From Leucoraja ocellata (Eukaryota): DNA of 64,000 nucleotides. The stretch is from contig JAWMAR010000227.1 of NCBI GenBank assembly GCA_036785375.1, positions 1,116,001 through 1,180,000 on the forward strand, given 5' to 3'. Below the pieces are notes generated by a model that saw only the letters and a program-made list of their open reading frames with translations, was not told the DNA's origin and ran no database searches. Position 1 is the stretch's first letter. Each line of letters starts with the position of its first letter. Shown piece by piece: positions 1 through 13,486 of this stretch. The translations under genes were made by a program, and so were the position numbers.

Positions 1-64
1 GAAGCTGCCTGCTGTTCTTGAGTGCTGAGGAAAAAGGATAGTTAAAACTCACTGTCTCAACAAG

Positions 65-335
65 AGCACAGTAACACAGCTGGCAAAGCTGCTGCCTCAG
101 TGCTGGAGATCCAGGTTTGTTCCTGACCTCTAATGCAGTCTTTATGGAGTTTGCACGTTCTCCCTGTGACCGCGTGAGTTTCCTCGGGGCGCACCAGTTT
201 CCTCTCTCATCCCAAATACGCTTAGCTTCTGTAAATTGCTCCTAGTGTGTGGGGAGTGGATGAGAAAGTGGAATAACATAGAACTCGCATGAACAGTGGT
301 TGGCTTGGACTTGGTGGTCCGAGAACTGGTTTAAA
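65..335 (+). mobile_element. tRNA-derived V-domain SINE (HE1-like)
   Basis: Degenerate A/B-box head, central ggagtttgcacgttctccctgtgacc domain and CR1-like tail. The family recurs more than 20 times in the window. Confidence 0.75.
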
Positions 336-351
336 TGCTGACCTTTCAATC

Positions 352-456
352 AAGGGTCTGAAGTAGGGTCTCGACCCGAATCGTCGCCTATTTCCTTCGC
401 TCCATAGATGCTGCCTCACCCGCTGAGATTCTCCAGCTTTTTTTTGTCTACTTTTA
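352..456 (+). mobile_element. Penelope pLTR fragment with degenerate hammerhead motif
   Basis: gggtctgaagtagggtctcgacccgaatcgtcgcc followed by the shared atttccttcgctccatagatgctgcc...ttttgtctac segment. Confidence 0.7.
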
Positions 457-757
457 ATCAATCAATGTCTTTTGTGCTGCAATTGCCTTTGGTAATCTTG
501 TAAATAAAGTAATGTAAACGATGAGGTAAATACGAATTCCTCATGGGGAAGAGAAGACGTTGTACTAACATGTTGGAGTAGTCCATCTAACTCTCTGGAG
601 CCTACACTGCTAATGAATCGTGCCTGATCCGTTTGCAGCCTCAACTTTCTGCCTACCCATGGCAACATGCCACCCCTTGGGCATCTACTTTATTTTCTAA
701 AGTATTCCCTCTGATTCCACTGTCCTTTGATTTTAAGGAATATTTCCAAAAATACTT

Positions 758-1178
758 CAAGATGCATTTAATTGTCACATGTGCCAGATGGCACGGTGAA
801 ATGAAATTCCCATACAGCCATACAATAAAAATAAAGAACATAACACACTATAGAATTTAACATAAAACATCCCCACACAGTAGAATCAAAGTTTCCCACT
901 GTGTGGGAAGGCACCAAAGTCAGTCTCTTCCTCCACTGTTCCTCGTGGTCAGGGCCTCCCCAAGCCCTCCGCAGTTACAGCTACGGGCGGCCCGATGTCC
1001 AGGACCGCTCGCCGCGGTGTTGTAAGTCCGACGTCGGGGCTGCGGGACGTCCTCAGCGGCGTGGACACAGAGTCGGCCCCCTCCTACCGGAGTCGGCGGC
1101 TTCCAAAGTCCGCAAGCCGCGCCGGGTAGACCCACTGCTGTAGACCCTCTGCAAGGTGCCCCAGGACTCCACGATGAC
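758..1178 (-). mobile_element. GC-rich non-autonomous retroelement with LINE-like 3' tail
   Basis: CpG-rich body; block tggtgccttccc.cacagtgg shared with 27458-28077; tail ...cacatgtgacaattaaa resembling Rex1-type tails. Confidence 0.55.
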
Positions 1179-3722
1179 TTAATACCAGACTGTGTTGACT
1201 ATCTTAAGTAGGCAATACTCTGAATTTAGAAGTGGTTCTTGATTCTCGGGACAACCACTCCTGCAAATCCATTCCTTTATCTTGGTTTCATACCATCTCC
1301 CTTTCCAGAGGAGAACCCGAGTCTAGTTTGTTCCAAAATTCTGTGCAACCTTGCTAATGTTAAATGATTGAAACAAAGAACTGCAGATGCTGGTTTATGC
1401 TATAGATAGACCAAAGTGCTGGAGTAACTCAGCAGGTGAGGCAGCAACTCTGGAGAAGGGCTTGCAGTGGCACTGCCTGACATGCTGAGTTCCTCCAACA
1501 CTTTATTTCTCTAATGTTAAATAGTTCATCTAATTTGACCCCAATTCTATGTCAAATGGTGTTTGCCAATTTTTTAAACTGTGTACAACTTACAATTTTG
1601 GAAATAAACCGCTACGGAGTTTAAATCACTTTGTTATTAACAGATCTCAACAGTTTGCAGATTAACTTGTGGTTTAGCCATTTCAAAGCTGACTGGTATT
1701 TCATTAGTAGATTGTCAGCTTTAGATTTGTAGATGTTGGCATGCACCCAATATAACTGTCAATGCTGTATTTAGACAGTGCATTGCTGGCCTTTAGATTT
1801 GTTTTGTAGCAACAAATTGGGCAGCAATTTCTCCATTTAATCACTCTGGCTGAGGCCCTGATAGATTAGGCAGAAATCTTCTGTCTGTTACCATAGAACA
1901 TCCTTCATCCCACAATGTCTTGCCAAATGCAATGCCAAGATAAACTAATCTTCTCTGCCTGCATACGAGCCATATCTCTCCAATCCTAATTAATTACATG
2001 GCAACCATGTGGCCCATCGCATCCATGCTACCTCACGGAGAATTAATTCCAGTACCCCTGTTTCTTCCACATTCTTGCAATTCATTCTCACCAGCTTGTC
2101 TTTGGTTCATATGCCCCTGAGATATTTTACAGTAGCTGATTAACCCATCAACACATCTTTGCAGTGTGTAAGGACCCAGAGGGAAGCTATCCCATCACAG
2201 ACAGTGTAGAATCAATACGAGTTGCTGGAACTGAGGCAACAGCACAAACTACTGTGCTACTAAGCTTCTAGAATGAGGATGTGGAATGTCGTATGCTTTT
2301 ACCAGTTACAAAAATAAACTCTCCAGTTGCTTCAAAGGCTAAACCTATCTGATGCCGAAAGCTTTGCTAATCGTTGATTTTTTTTTTTCTGACTCTGAGA
2401 ACAGTTCTGAAGTCTGTATGTCTAATATACACAGGAAATGCTAGATTAACTTGGCTAGGCTTGGATCTGTCCCCACCACTTCTTCCAGCTTTCTCCCCAC
2501 ACCAATCTGTCTGAAGAAGGGTGCTGTGACCTGAAACATCAATTATCCAGTTCCCCAGAGATGCTGCCCAATGGGAGTTACTGCAGCACTTTGTCTTTTA
2601 ATTAGATGGATGGATATCTATTTTCAGTTGCAAATCAAAACCAATGTTAAAGATCTAGACAAAACAAAATGCTGGAATCTCGGCAGGTCGGGCTACATCA
2701 AGGGGAAGAGGAATAGCTAACCTTGAACAACAGCTCTTGCCATGGAGTTTCCAGCTGACTGCAGTCACATTTTGTTGTCTGGCAATTTGAAAGGCAGAAT
2801 GAGAATCTAGATCGAGAACCAAAGATAGACACAAAGTGCTGGAGTAACTCAACAGGTCAGGCAGCATCTCTGGAAGTGATCAAAGTTTTATTTGGAATAC
2901 CATAAGCTTGTGCATTCAGTAACATGGTTACAAGCTGGTGGACTGGTAGAAATTCTAATGTCTTGATTATTTTTATTGTTTACCATACAGGTTAGAATGA
3001 GGTACACCATGAAAATGGATCCTTCAGCACAGAGAAACATAGAAAATAGGTGCAGGAGGAGGCCATTCGGCCCTTCGAGCCATTCATTGCGATCATGGCT
3101 GATCGTCCTCTATCAATAACCCGTGCCTGCCTTCTCCCCATATCCCCTGACTCCACTAGCCCCTAGAGCTCTATCTAACTACCAGCATTTTTCTATGTTG
3201 TTTCTTCCAGAATCTCTTTTAAATTAATGTCTAAATGGATTCATCAGCCCTTTTTAACCTAAAGCTTCTACTGAGGTGGCAAGATTTTAAGGAAAAGCAA
3301 AACTATTCATGGTGGAAATGTTTTTTATTTAAAGCACAGCTAGTCAGGCTGGAGCTATCAAAGAAGTATCTTGTTCCAAGACCCTTCCAAAATGTTCAGT
3401 TAATTTGTGTAGCATGGTACATTGAGAATATAAATGGGTGAATTATAAATACCGAGTGCACTGATAGCTGCAGATAGTTTGCCAGAAAACAATCCCAATG
3501 TTATTTACTTTTAATGAAGTTGGCTATCAAACTTCACCTGGGCAACATTGTACTTTACAGGAAAGGACACAAAGTGCTGGAGTAACTTGACAGGTCAGAC
3601 AGCATCCCTGGAGAACATAGATAGGTGACATTTTGGGTTGGGACTTTACAGTGCTTTACAGAACCACATGACTGACATCCGTTCCAAATATTGTATTCCT
3701 GGGGCAATATTTGTTCCAAGCT

Positions 3723-4478
3723 ATCTAAATGGTGGCCGATTGGGAAAGGGGGAGATGCAGCGAGACCTGGGTGTCATGGTACACCAGTCATTGAAGGTAG
3801 GCATGCAGGTGCAGCAGGCAGTAAAGAAAGCGAATGGTATGTTAGCTTTCATTGCAAAAGGATTTGAGTATAGGAGCAGGGAGGTTCTACTGCAGTTGTA
3901 CAGGGTCTTGGTGAGACCACACCTGGAGTATTGCGTACAGTTTTGGTCTCCAAATCTGAGGAAGGACATTATTGCCATAGAGGGAGTGCAGAGACGGTTC
4001 ACCAGACTGATTCCTGGGATGTCAGGACTGTCTTATGAAGAAAGACTGGATAGACTTGGTTTATACTCTCTAGAATTTAGGAGATTGAGAGGGGATCTTA
4101 TAGAAACGTACAAAATTCTTAAGGGGTTGGACAGGCTAGATGCAGGAAGATTGTTCCCGATGTTAGGGAAGTCCAGGACAAAGGGTCACAGCTTAAGGAT
4201 AAGGGGGAAATCCTTTAAAACCAAGATGAGAAGAACTTTTTTCACACAGAGAGTGGTGAATCTCTGGAACTCTCTGCCACAGAGGGTAGTTGAGGCCAGT
4301 TCATTGGCTATATTTAAGAGTGAGTTAGATGTGGCCCTTGTGGCTAAGGGGATCAGGGGGTATGGAGAGAAGGCAGGTACGGGATACTGAGTTGGATGAT
4401 CAGCCATGATCATATTGAATGGCGGTGCAGGCTCGAAGGGCCGAATGGCCTACTCCTGCACCTAATTTCTATGTTTCT
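3723..4478 (+). mobile_element. CR1 (HER1-like) LINE, 5'-truncated, young
   Basis: Open ORF2 C-terminus (RDLGV, LVRPHLEYCVQFWSP, FFTQRVVNLWNSLP); (TTTCTATG)n tail; TSD aagct at 3718-3722 and 4479-4483. Confidence 0.93.
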
Positions 4479-7400
4479 AAGCTTAACATCCGTTGAGAAA
4501 AAGGAATTTTATTTTTGAATTTATTCACTATGTAGTTTAATATTTGTAAAAGAAAGGGGAAATAGTTGAAAATTGGATTGTGAATACTTGATTGCTTGTG
4601 CATGTGGAAATCTGATCTTCTACAAAAGTCCTTGGATTCAACAGGAATTTAAGCATTAGAATTGAGGATTTCTAAATCTACTTGAATCTTCATCCGCTGA
4701 CGCAAAATTCAGTAGGAGTGCATCCTTAACACAGTCTTTTTTCCGAGTTTTCAGCCCTGTAGTGTTGAGACTAAATGCCCTCCTCTGTCAAGGAAGAATT
4801 ATTGAAAATGCTTGCTGAAAGTACAGTGCAGATTGAAACATGCCAAGGTCAATGACATTAACATCACAACCTATTTCAGGCAACACATTCTTTCCATTCA
4901 TGCCTGCTTTAGCCACTTGTAATTTCAAGTTGAAAAGATGAATGGAAAAGCTTGAGCAACTTTCCAATTTTGGTGTTGTAACTTGGCTTGAATGTAGGGA
5001 GCAAGAGGAGAGGCCTTCTGTCGGTCCACAGCAATGGAAACATTTGTGCATCAGCCGTATCTAATTTAGACTTTGCATCTGTTTATCATGAGGCAATTAT
5101 CTACAGCCTCAAGGGTCTACATTATCCCATGTAGAGCAACATTGCAGACCTACAGGTCATTAAATGTAGTAATGCCTCAGCTATGTGTAGATTTTATATT
5201 GTATACTTTAGTGTAGAGATTCAGCATGGAAACAGGACCTTAAGTCTGTCAACTCCGTGCTGGTCACAATGTGTGGGTTTCCTCCCACATCTCAAAGATG
5301 TGCTTATTTGTAGGTTAATTGGCTTAAGTAAAATCACCCCTAGTGTGTAAGGAATGAATCATCGATCACCTGCTCGTATTAGTTCTGTTATCGCAGTTCT
5401 CATCCTTACACACAAAGGGGCAATTGAGAGACAAATTAAGCTATAAAACCAGATGTCTTTGGGACGTCAGAAGAAACGTTTAGCTTTGAGCCTGTACTCG
5501 TTGGAGTTTAAAAGGATTGCGGTGAGCAGAAGAAGAGAATCTCATTGAAAGCTACTGAATAATGAAAGGCTCAAATAGTGGATGTACAGAGATGATTCCA
5601 CTAGAGTCTAGGACCAGAGGGCACCGCCTCAGTAAAAGGATATTCCTTTTAGAATGTAGATAAGGAGTTTATTTTGATCGATGGTGGTGAATCTACAGAG
5701 TTCATTGCCACAGATGATAGTGGAGGCCAAGGCATTGGCTATTTTTAAAGCACAGATTGATGTGTGTTTCTTCCCATTGAAAAGAGTGCTGATCTTTGAC
5801 ATTGGTGCCACTTGACATTGTTGAACTAACACCACATCGCTTGCTCTTAACATCCAAAAATCTTCCTTGAATATACTTGCTAATTAAACTTCTACTGCTA
5901 TCTTGGGCAGTGAATAGAAAATATTTATTGGCCTCAAATTTCTTCTGTTTGGAATCACTAACCTCTAGTTCTGCAATCCTCAGCCACAGAAAATACCAAC
6001 ACTGCCTTTATTCATTAATTTGGGGCAGCACAGTGGCTTGGCAGTAGAGTTGCTGCCATACAGCACCAGAGACCCGGGTTCGATCCTGACTACGGCTGCT
6101 GTTGGTAGAGTTTTTTGTGTTCTCCCTGTGACCATGGGCTTTCTCCGGTATGAAAGCAATTGTGACTTGAAGTTGTCAGTTGTTAGCCCTGAACATTCTG
6201 TACTATTGAATTTAATTTGAAGCTTTAATCTTTCAACGTGCCAAATCGACATTTAAGATGATTGCAGTTTGACCGTCTCTAAATTTGAGCTGTAAGTGTA
6301 GTCGTTCATTTAGTGTTAAAATAAATGAACGCGCTCAAATACTTCTAGGTGTCATTGTAAATATAGTGGTACCAATCTTTGTAAATGTGGTGAAAATAGA
6401 CAAAGTGCTGGAGCAACTCGGAGGGTCAGACAGCAGGAAAGGAAGGATAACGATATGTACTATTTTGGGTCGGGACCCTTCAGGGTGAAAGTTGGGAGGG
6501 AGACAGAGCTGAAGGAGAGAAGACCAGGAGATGTTATCAGTGGGGATGAAATCCAACTACAGCTTGAATCAAAACATGGTAAAAATATTTGATGGACATA
6601 TCTGTTGTATCAATTAATGTATGAATTTGAATCAGCTGGGATCTCCACTATGCTTTGCTTCTACTTTCCACTGGCCTATTAACCAGAATGTGCTACCTGT
6701 ACCAACAAATCTTTTCAAACCAACGTGGATCTTTGAGTTTTGTTTCTGTGCAAAATGTGCTTTTCATTCCGAGATCCATTCTATTCGGTCTAGCTTCTAG
6801 AGTTTTAGGTTTAATGATGAGTGACACTTAATTCTCTGGGGGGAAAAAAAAAGTTTGGCGTCCTTTCTAATTCCAATCGGTTTGCTTTGCAAGTTTTTGC
6901 TCACCTGGTTTATTTGGAAAAGCCGAGTGCAACATGGCAGGTTTTGCTGGAAATGGGGACAAGAAAACCTTGCCAGAATATTTGTTCATGCAGGATGCAC
7001 AAACACCTAACTTGAGATGGTGCTGTGTTTTAGCATCAATATCCTAGAGTCCATGTGTTAGAAGATTCAATCAAATGGCAGGAATCCACCAATTTGTCAA
7101 ACAATATTGGAGGGACTCGGCAGGTCAGGCATCATCTTTGTACAAAGGTTCACAAGTTATAGGAGCAGAATTGGGCCATTTGGCCCATCAAGTCTACTCC
7201 ATTCAATCATGGCTGATCTATCATTCTCTCTCAACACCATTCGCCTGCCTTCTCCCCATATAGCCCATGACGTGGCCTCCACAGAAGTCTGTGACAATGA
7301 ATTCGCCAACACAGATTCGCCAACCTCTGACAAAGGAAAATCCCCTATTCCTTTTGTGTGCTGGTCCCGAGTTGAGAGCGCTTCAGACAAATAAAACTGA

Positions 7401-7482
7401 GGAAATATTTTTTGATTTTAATTGACATTTACAAATACTCTGGTTTTGCTTTGTTAACAGTGATGCTTGTTTATCACTAGTA

Positions 7483-9089
7483 CAGGTGCACAACCTTTTA
7501 TCCGAAGATCCAAATAACGAAAACCTCCGAATAGCGACATTTTTTCAGTCCTTGAAAAAAGGTCCTTGAAAACGTTCACGGAGGGCAGCCCGCAGAGGTG
7601 ACAGAGGAACCTCCGGTCGGTCCTCGAAGAAAGGGGAACTAAATCCCCATCCATAAAAGAGAAGGTGAGGGCATATTGCGCGGGAGGGTTAATAATTGAC
7701 AATATGCTGCTGCCTGCCCGCTGAGTTAAAAAATTCCCACGGTAGACTCACGATACACAGTGTATCGTGAGTCTTGCGTGGGAACTTTTTTAACTCAGCG
7801 GGCAGGGAGCTGCAGATTGTCGCTCCCTTCAGTTTCACCCCACCTACACCCCTCTGCTTCCCGGCCATGTGTGTGACCCCTTCCCTCCCCTCTCCAGCTC
7901 CCTGCCCATTGCACCGGCGCGGGGGCTTTGCACTGTCTTCACGTCGGCAATGCCAGTCACCAACACCAGATCCCAGAGACCCACAGCCAGCAGCAGCCCA
8001 GCCCCGTTCCAACTCCAGAGGAAAACTGCAAACTAGCGGGAGACATCGGGACCACCAGGAGCCGCTCCCCGATGGGCCGCTACGGCGACAAGTGGCAGTT
8101 CGCCCACAGCCCGAGCTGTGCCCCCTCATCGGGACACTGACCCCCAGGCCCACTGCAAGCACGGAGATCCCAGATCAGCAACTCCAGCCCAGCCCCGTTC
8201 CAACTCCAGAGGGGCAGCTGCTGCTGGTGCGCAAGGTGCGTCTTGTTCTCGGGCTGTGGGCGAACTGCCACTTGTCGCCGTATCGGCCCATCGGGGAGCG
8301 GATTCCTCTGGAGTTGGGGGGGAGGGGGAGGGGGGTATTGTGCTGTTTGATCGCCCCCTGCTATCCCAGGGACAGGGAGACAGGACGTTCACCGCGGGCG
8401 GCCCGCAGAGGTGACAGCGGAACCTCCGGTCGGTCCTCGACGAAAGGGGAACTAAATCCCCATTCATAAAAGAGAAGGTGAGGGTATATTGCGCGGGAGA
8501 GTAGGAATCCCAAGACAAAGTTGAGTGAGCGTTCACCGAGGGTGGCCCGCAGAGGTGACAGCGGAACCTCGGGTCGGTCCTGGAAGAAAGGGGAACTAAA
8601 AAGAGAAGTGGAGGGTATATTGCACGGGAGGGTATATCGCCTACCTGGAAGAAACCAGACATTTTTTTCAGGATGTGGTCTGCACACCAAAGCTCACGTT
8701 TGGCGCCTCTGCTGCACACGGATATAAGAGTGTGAAAATGTCGCCTTAGGCCGCCTAAGGGCATGTAGCCCCGCTAGGGTGACATGAGTGCGGGAGGTGA
8801 TTCAATGCTGCGGTCACATTTACAAATTCAGGAACTCATTCAACACACTGCATTTCATACAGACATTTATTCTGCAAGAAAAAAACTACACTGAAGACTC
8901 AAACTCGCGACCGAGGAACTGCCGGGATCAAGGCGCAAACTCGCAACCTTGCGGATATGAGCCGGGCACTCTACCACTGAGCCAGCCATTAAAATCTACG
9001 CTAAAAAATTTCCATTCCGAAGACCGACAAATTCCAAATTACGAAAAGTGTCTGGTCCCAAGGCTGTCGGATAAAAGGTTGTGCACCTG
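7483..9089. mobile_element. Non-autonomous Tc1/mariner (pogo/Tigger-like) DNA transposon
   Basis: 23-bp TIR caggtgcacaaccttttatccga at both ends; TA on each side (7481-7482, 9090-9091). No transposase; interior has direct and inverted repeats. Confidence 0.85.
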
Positions 9090-9325
9090 TAATTAAGTCC
9101 TTGCCAGTGCTTTTTTTTTGTGATGGTATGGCACACTGGTGCCAAGTTAAGAACAAAGATTTTCTTATTCTTAACTTGGTAGTAGTATATATTTTTAATT
9201 TATTTTTGCAAATTTTTAATTTTGCAGATTTTACGTTTTGAAAGTTAAGACACGCAAGCCCTTGAGCATTTAAGCTTGTCAGCTAATGATCTACCATGGA
9301 CACCAGCAGCAAGGAACAATATGTG

Positions 9326-9492
9326 GGTAGACAAAAGTGCTGGAGAAACTCAGCGGGTGCAGCAGCATCTATGGAGCGAAGGAAATGGGTCATATTTCCT
9401 TCGCTCCATAGATGCTGCTGCACCCGTTGAGTTTCCCCAGCACTTTTGTCTACCTTTGATTTTCCAGCATCTGCAGTTCCTTCTTAAACACT
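9326..9492. mobile_element. Penelope pLTR fragment with inverted 5' duplication (long hairpin)
   Basis: 9326-9454 is a near-perfect inverted repeat. Flanked by a 15-bp direct repeat aagga(c/a)aatatgtg-like at 9311-9325 and 9493-9507 with one mismatch. Confidence 0.8.
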
Positions 9493-10199
9493 AAGGAAAA
9501 ATATGTGTACTGGCACCTTTTTGTCTACAAATATATCTATCACTGGTCTTAAGTCTTAAGATGGATTCTGACATGAAACATCACTTTTCCTCCAGGGATG
9601 CTGCCTGTCCCGCTGAGTCACTCCACCATTTTGTGCCTATTTTCGGTGTAAACCTACATCTGCAGTTCCTTCCTGCACAGTGGTCTTGACTATTAGTTGT
9701 CAAAATGAAGATTAAGTTGTGCTGTATGTTGTGTACGAATAAATTTGACTTTGACTTTGTCTGGCAGTTAATATTAATGCCATAAAGTCATTTCAGATAA
9801 ACCAGCAGCCTCATAGCTTTTCCATGTTACCAAAGGACCCATAATTTTTGCTCCATATTTAACTGATGTTTGCACCGTCAAAACAATGAGATGCTTGGGC
9901 AGCGGCTGCTGCTGCTGAATTGTGTCTCACTGGGTTGTTCTGAGTTACGATAAATGGAAGATATGCAGTGCAGGGCTGTTACCATGTTGGTAGATGTGTT
10001 TTCCAATTGAGTGTACTTTGGTCTGGGGGCCTGGGGCAGTGGAAAGGCTCTAGTGAAGAACAACATACAACAAGCTGTGTTGGTTACAGTAAACCACTGC
10101 AAATATCAACTTGACTAGAATTCATCTCTCTGTTCAGGTTCTGATCTGGTACAGTGAACAGCTTTCTAAAAGGATACATGTTCAAGAAGGCAGGACATG

Positions 10200-10715
10200 T
10201 TTGGGCCCCATATTTCAAGAGATGTGCTGGTGTTGGAGACTGCCAAGAGGAGATTTACAAGAATGATCCTGGGAATGATTGGGTTAACATATGAGGAGCG
10301 TTTGATGGCATGGGCCTGTATTCGGTGGAGTTTTGGATGGGGAGGGGATCCCGTGGAAACGTACCATATTTTGAAAGTCCTATACAAAATGGATGTGGAG
10401 GGAATGTTTCCGGTAATGGGAGAGTCTAGGTCCAGAGGACACAGCCTCAGAATAAAGAGACATGCCTTTTAGAATGGAGATGAGGAGGAATTTATGTAGT
10501 CAGAGGGTGGTGAATTTATGGAATTCATTGCCACAGGTGGCTATGGAAGCCAAGTCATTGAGTATTTTTAAAGCAGAGATTGATACTTTTTTGATTAGTA
10601 AGGGAGTCAAAGGTTAGAGGGAGAAGGCAGGAGATTGGTATTGAAAAATAAATAGATCAGCTATAATCGAATGGCAGAGCAAACTCGATGGGCTGAATGG
10701 CCTAATTCTGCTCCT
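10200..10715 (+). mobile_element. Older CR1 LINE 3' fragment
   Basis: Degenerate RRFTRMI.GM.GL.YEERL and SRSRGHSLRIK coding remnants, plus CR1 3' UTR. Confidence 0.8.
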
Positions 10716-13019
10716 GCAGCTTACAATTTTGTCGAGGTGCATCAAAGCCTCAGGTAACTAATCATGTGGGGTCTTTGAAACAGTCCTGGGATCCACCACC
10801 CTTTAACAATACAATTGTAAAAGAAAATTGTCATTAGACCAAATATTTGCTCCGTTGGTTTTGCAGGCCGCAGCCCACAGAGGCTGACTGACCTGGCATT
10901 TGACGGCACATATCTAGAATCTGTAGCTGTTTTGCTTTTGGATCAGACTAAAATTAATTTTGTGCTTTGGCACGCACCGCAGGTGCACAATAGCATGAAT
11001 TTAATTATATTTATTGTCCATGTTAACATGAGGCCAAATTTGTTATAATTAAGGCAATGAATTAGTGATTTAAAGTTCCAAACACTTTGCCAACAGTCTG
11101 GGGTCTGGAACAGTCCAGCTGCCCGCTTGTAACAGCAGTGGGAAATTAACGCAAACTGCAGAAGCTGGAAATACTTGGGTCAGGCTGTGGAGAGTTGACC
11201 TTTTACAGGCCGTGGACCTTGCAGTAAAAAAAAAATGACGTGCCATTAATGTTAATTGCTTTGATCCCATAGAAATAATGGTTTACAGTAAACCCTCTAA
11301 TGGGCCTCTAACTGACTTTGGTATAGCAGACTGACATACTGACTGTCTCCCTAGCCACATACAACCCCCACCACCCCCCGCTCTTCAGCTGCTTCCAGGC
11401 CACACCTGCCGCTGCAACCATTGACTCCACTGATCTTCGCCGCTTCCCCTGGCTGCCAGCAGGTCAAGGTTGTCAACCTGCCTGGATTCCAGGCCCAGTT
11501 CCAGGCAGAGTCTAAAGAAGGGACTCGACCCGAAACGTCACTGATCCATGATCTCCAGAGATGCTGCCTAACCCGCTGAGTTACTCCAGCACTTTGTGTC
11601 ATTTTGTGTATTAACCAGAAGCTGCAGTTCTCTGTTTCCACTACTTGTACAATGATAATACCTTTTTTACTTCTGCCTTGTAAAAATGACAAGATTCTGA
11701 GATTAGATGGTTCAGGCAGACTAGGATTTGCCCTAAACATGAGTTGCTTTTTACAGTAACTCGTCATCGTTGTACAGGTTGAATTGAAGAGCCAGCAACC
11801 TGGAGAAGTCAAACTTGAATTTCTCCTCTTTTAGCCTCCCACCTTCTGGCATCAATATTTTGCTTCATATCTCGGCCAAATATAGTGCAGGTATGGGTAA
11901 ATGCCTGTATACATTGTGGGGAGTTTGACTCTTTGCCAAACCGCAGTGTTGAGTATTTCTGTCATGCGATGAAAAGACCACTGTTTCAGTGGCAGTGTGA
12001 AATGTTGGCTCATTGTGCTCATGAGGCTAAAATGGTGCAGCATCTGGTTTTAGCTAACAATCAAAACAAACGTTGGAAGTTAGCAAGTTGGACTATCTGT
12101 GTGAGGAATTTTGTTTTGGGTCAAAGGCCCTTTGTCAGAACTAGAAGAGAATGAGGTATCACGCACATCATCCATCCCTCCCATGACCTCACTGCTTTAG
12201 TTAGGTTTAGATATGCAGCATGGAAACAGGCCCTTTGCCCCACCAAGTCCATGCTGACCATCGATCACCTGCTCATGCTAGTTCTGTGTTGCCCCACTCT
12301 CATTCGCTCCTTGCGCATTAGGGGCAATTGACCTACAAACCTGCACATCTGAGATGTGGGAGAAACCAGAGCACCTGGAAGAAACCCATGTGGTCGCAGT
12401 AAGAACAGGCAAACTCTACACAGGCAGCGACCGAGGCCAGGATCGAACCCGAGACTCTGGCACTGCGAGATAGCAGCTTTACCAGTTGTGCAACTGCTTT
12501 AGTCCTTTCCAGTTCTGACAAAGATAGCTTATACTCCAAGCAAAGGCAAAGTTCCATCTGAGGCTATCTAGTTTAATGAAACAATTTGGCCAGACTACCG
12601 TAGTTCCCCATTATTATTATTCATCTTGCTTCATTGTGCATCAATCTCTGAATCTATAAAGCTGTGCAGAAACTTGGAGGAAAACCTTAACGTTATAAAG
12701 GATAATTGTTGATCAACTTGTCCTTGGGACTATCTAGCCTAGGGAACATGCCATTTGTCATAGAGTGGGCAAATGCTAATATGTATTCAATGTGATCTGA
12801 ACCTAAAATTAAAAGCAACAAAAATGCTTGGTTTAGTATTTTGCAATCTTCCTCCCAAAAGGAAAGCATTAACAAATGTATGCCAGTTTCCCTAGACACT
12901 GGGCTGTGTATCTGGTAAACTAAAAACTTGATTCTGTTGGTATTTTCACTCTAAGCAAAAATTGTGGTAACTTTTTTTTGAAAGATGTTCCCTTGGCTTA
13001 ATGTCAATATTTATACCAT

Positions 13020-13485
13020 ACTAGACCAAGTGCAGACCTGTTCCCTACCCATTGCCCCCATGGGAGGCGTGGTCCTCCAACTCGAGCTGTTCCCAAACGT
13101 AAGATTCCAGCACTCTCCTTGCCTTCCTCAGCAGTGCTCTTTAAATTTTTTTAAAAAAAATAAAAAAAAATAAAAAGTTCCAATTGCACTTGCTCTGCGT
13201 GTTGCAATAGCAATTTGCTCTCCCCCTGCTAGTTGATCCATTGTGATGTCATCAGTTGAAGCTGGTGGTTTTAATTTCAAAGTTTTTAGACTTTTAGTAT
13301 CGAATTGAGAATAAGTTGAGATTTAAAGCATAAAATATTCAGATAAGGTGATCCCGGCGTTGACGTGGAAAATGTTAATTGGAATATGTAAAAATGTGAT
13401 CATTAACATGTAGTGTTTTTGTGAAGATACACAGACGAACACGCGTCCACACACACACACACACACACACACACGCGCGCGCGCA
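13020..13485 (-). mobile_element. Possible non-autonomous Helitron-like element
   Basis: Minus-strand end ...cacttggtCTAG|t with GC-rich subterminal sequence; (TG)n microsatellite near the other end. No TSD or TIR seen. Confidence 0.35.
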
Positions 13486-13486
13486 C
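13448..13486. repeat. (CA)n(CG)n alternating purine-pyrimidine microsatellite
   Basis: Directly visible. Confidence 0.9.

Noticed and set aside
3638-4390. 250-aa ORF as a host gene
   Set aside because: C-terminus of CR1 ORF2 with a chance upstream extension; the same sequence recurs at 13755, 45946 and 62665.
7689-8764. Long overlapping ORFs (157-231 aa) on both strands
   Set aside because: Inside a GC-rich, repeat-built non-autonomous transposon; no recognisable domain or transposase motif.
11835-11890. Candidate upstream exon (ttctcctcttttAG ... CAG|GTATGG)
   Set aside because: No resemblance to MXRA7 and no independent support; probably a pseudo-exon.
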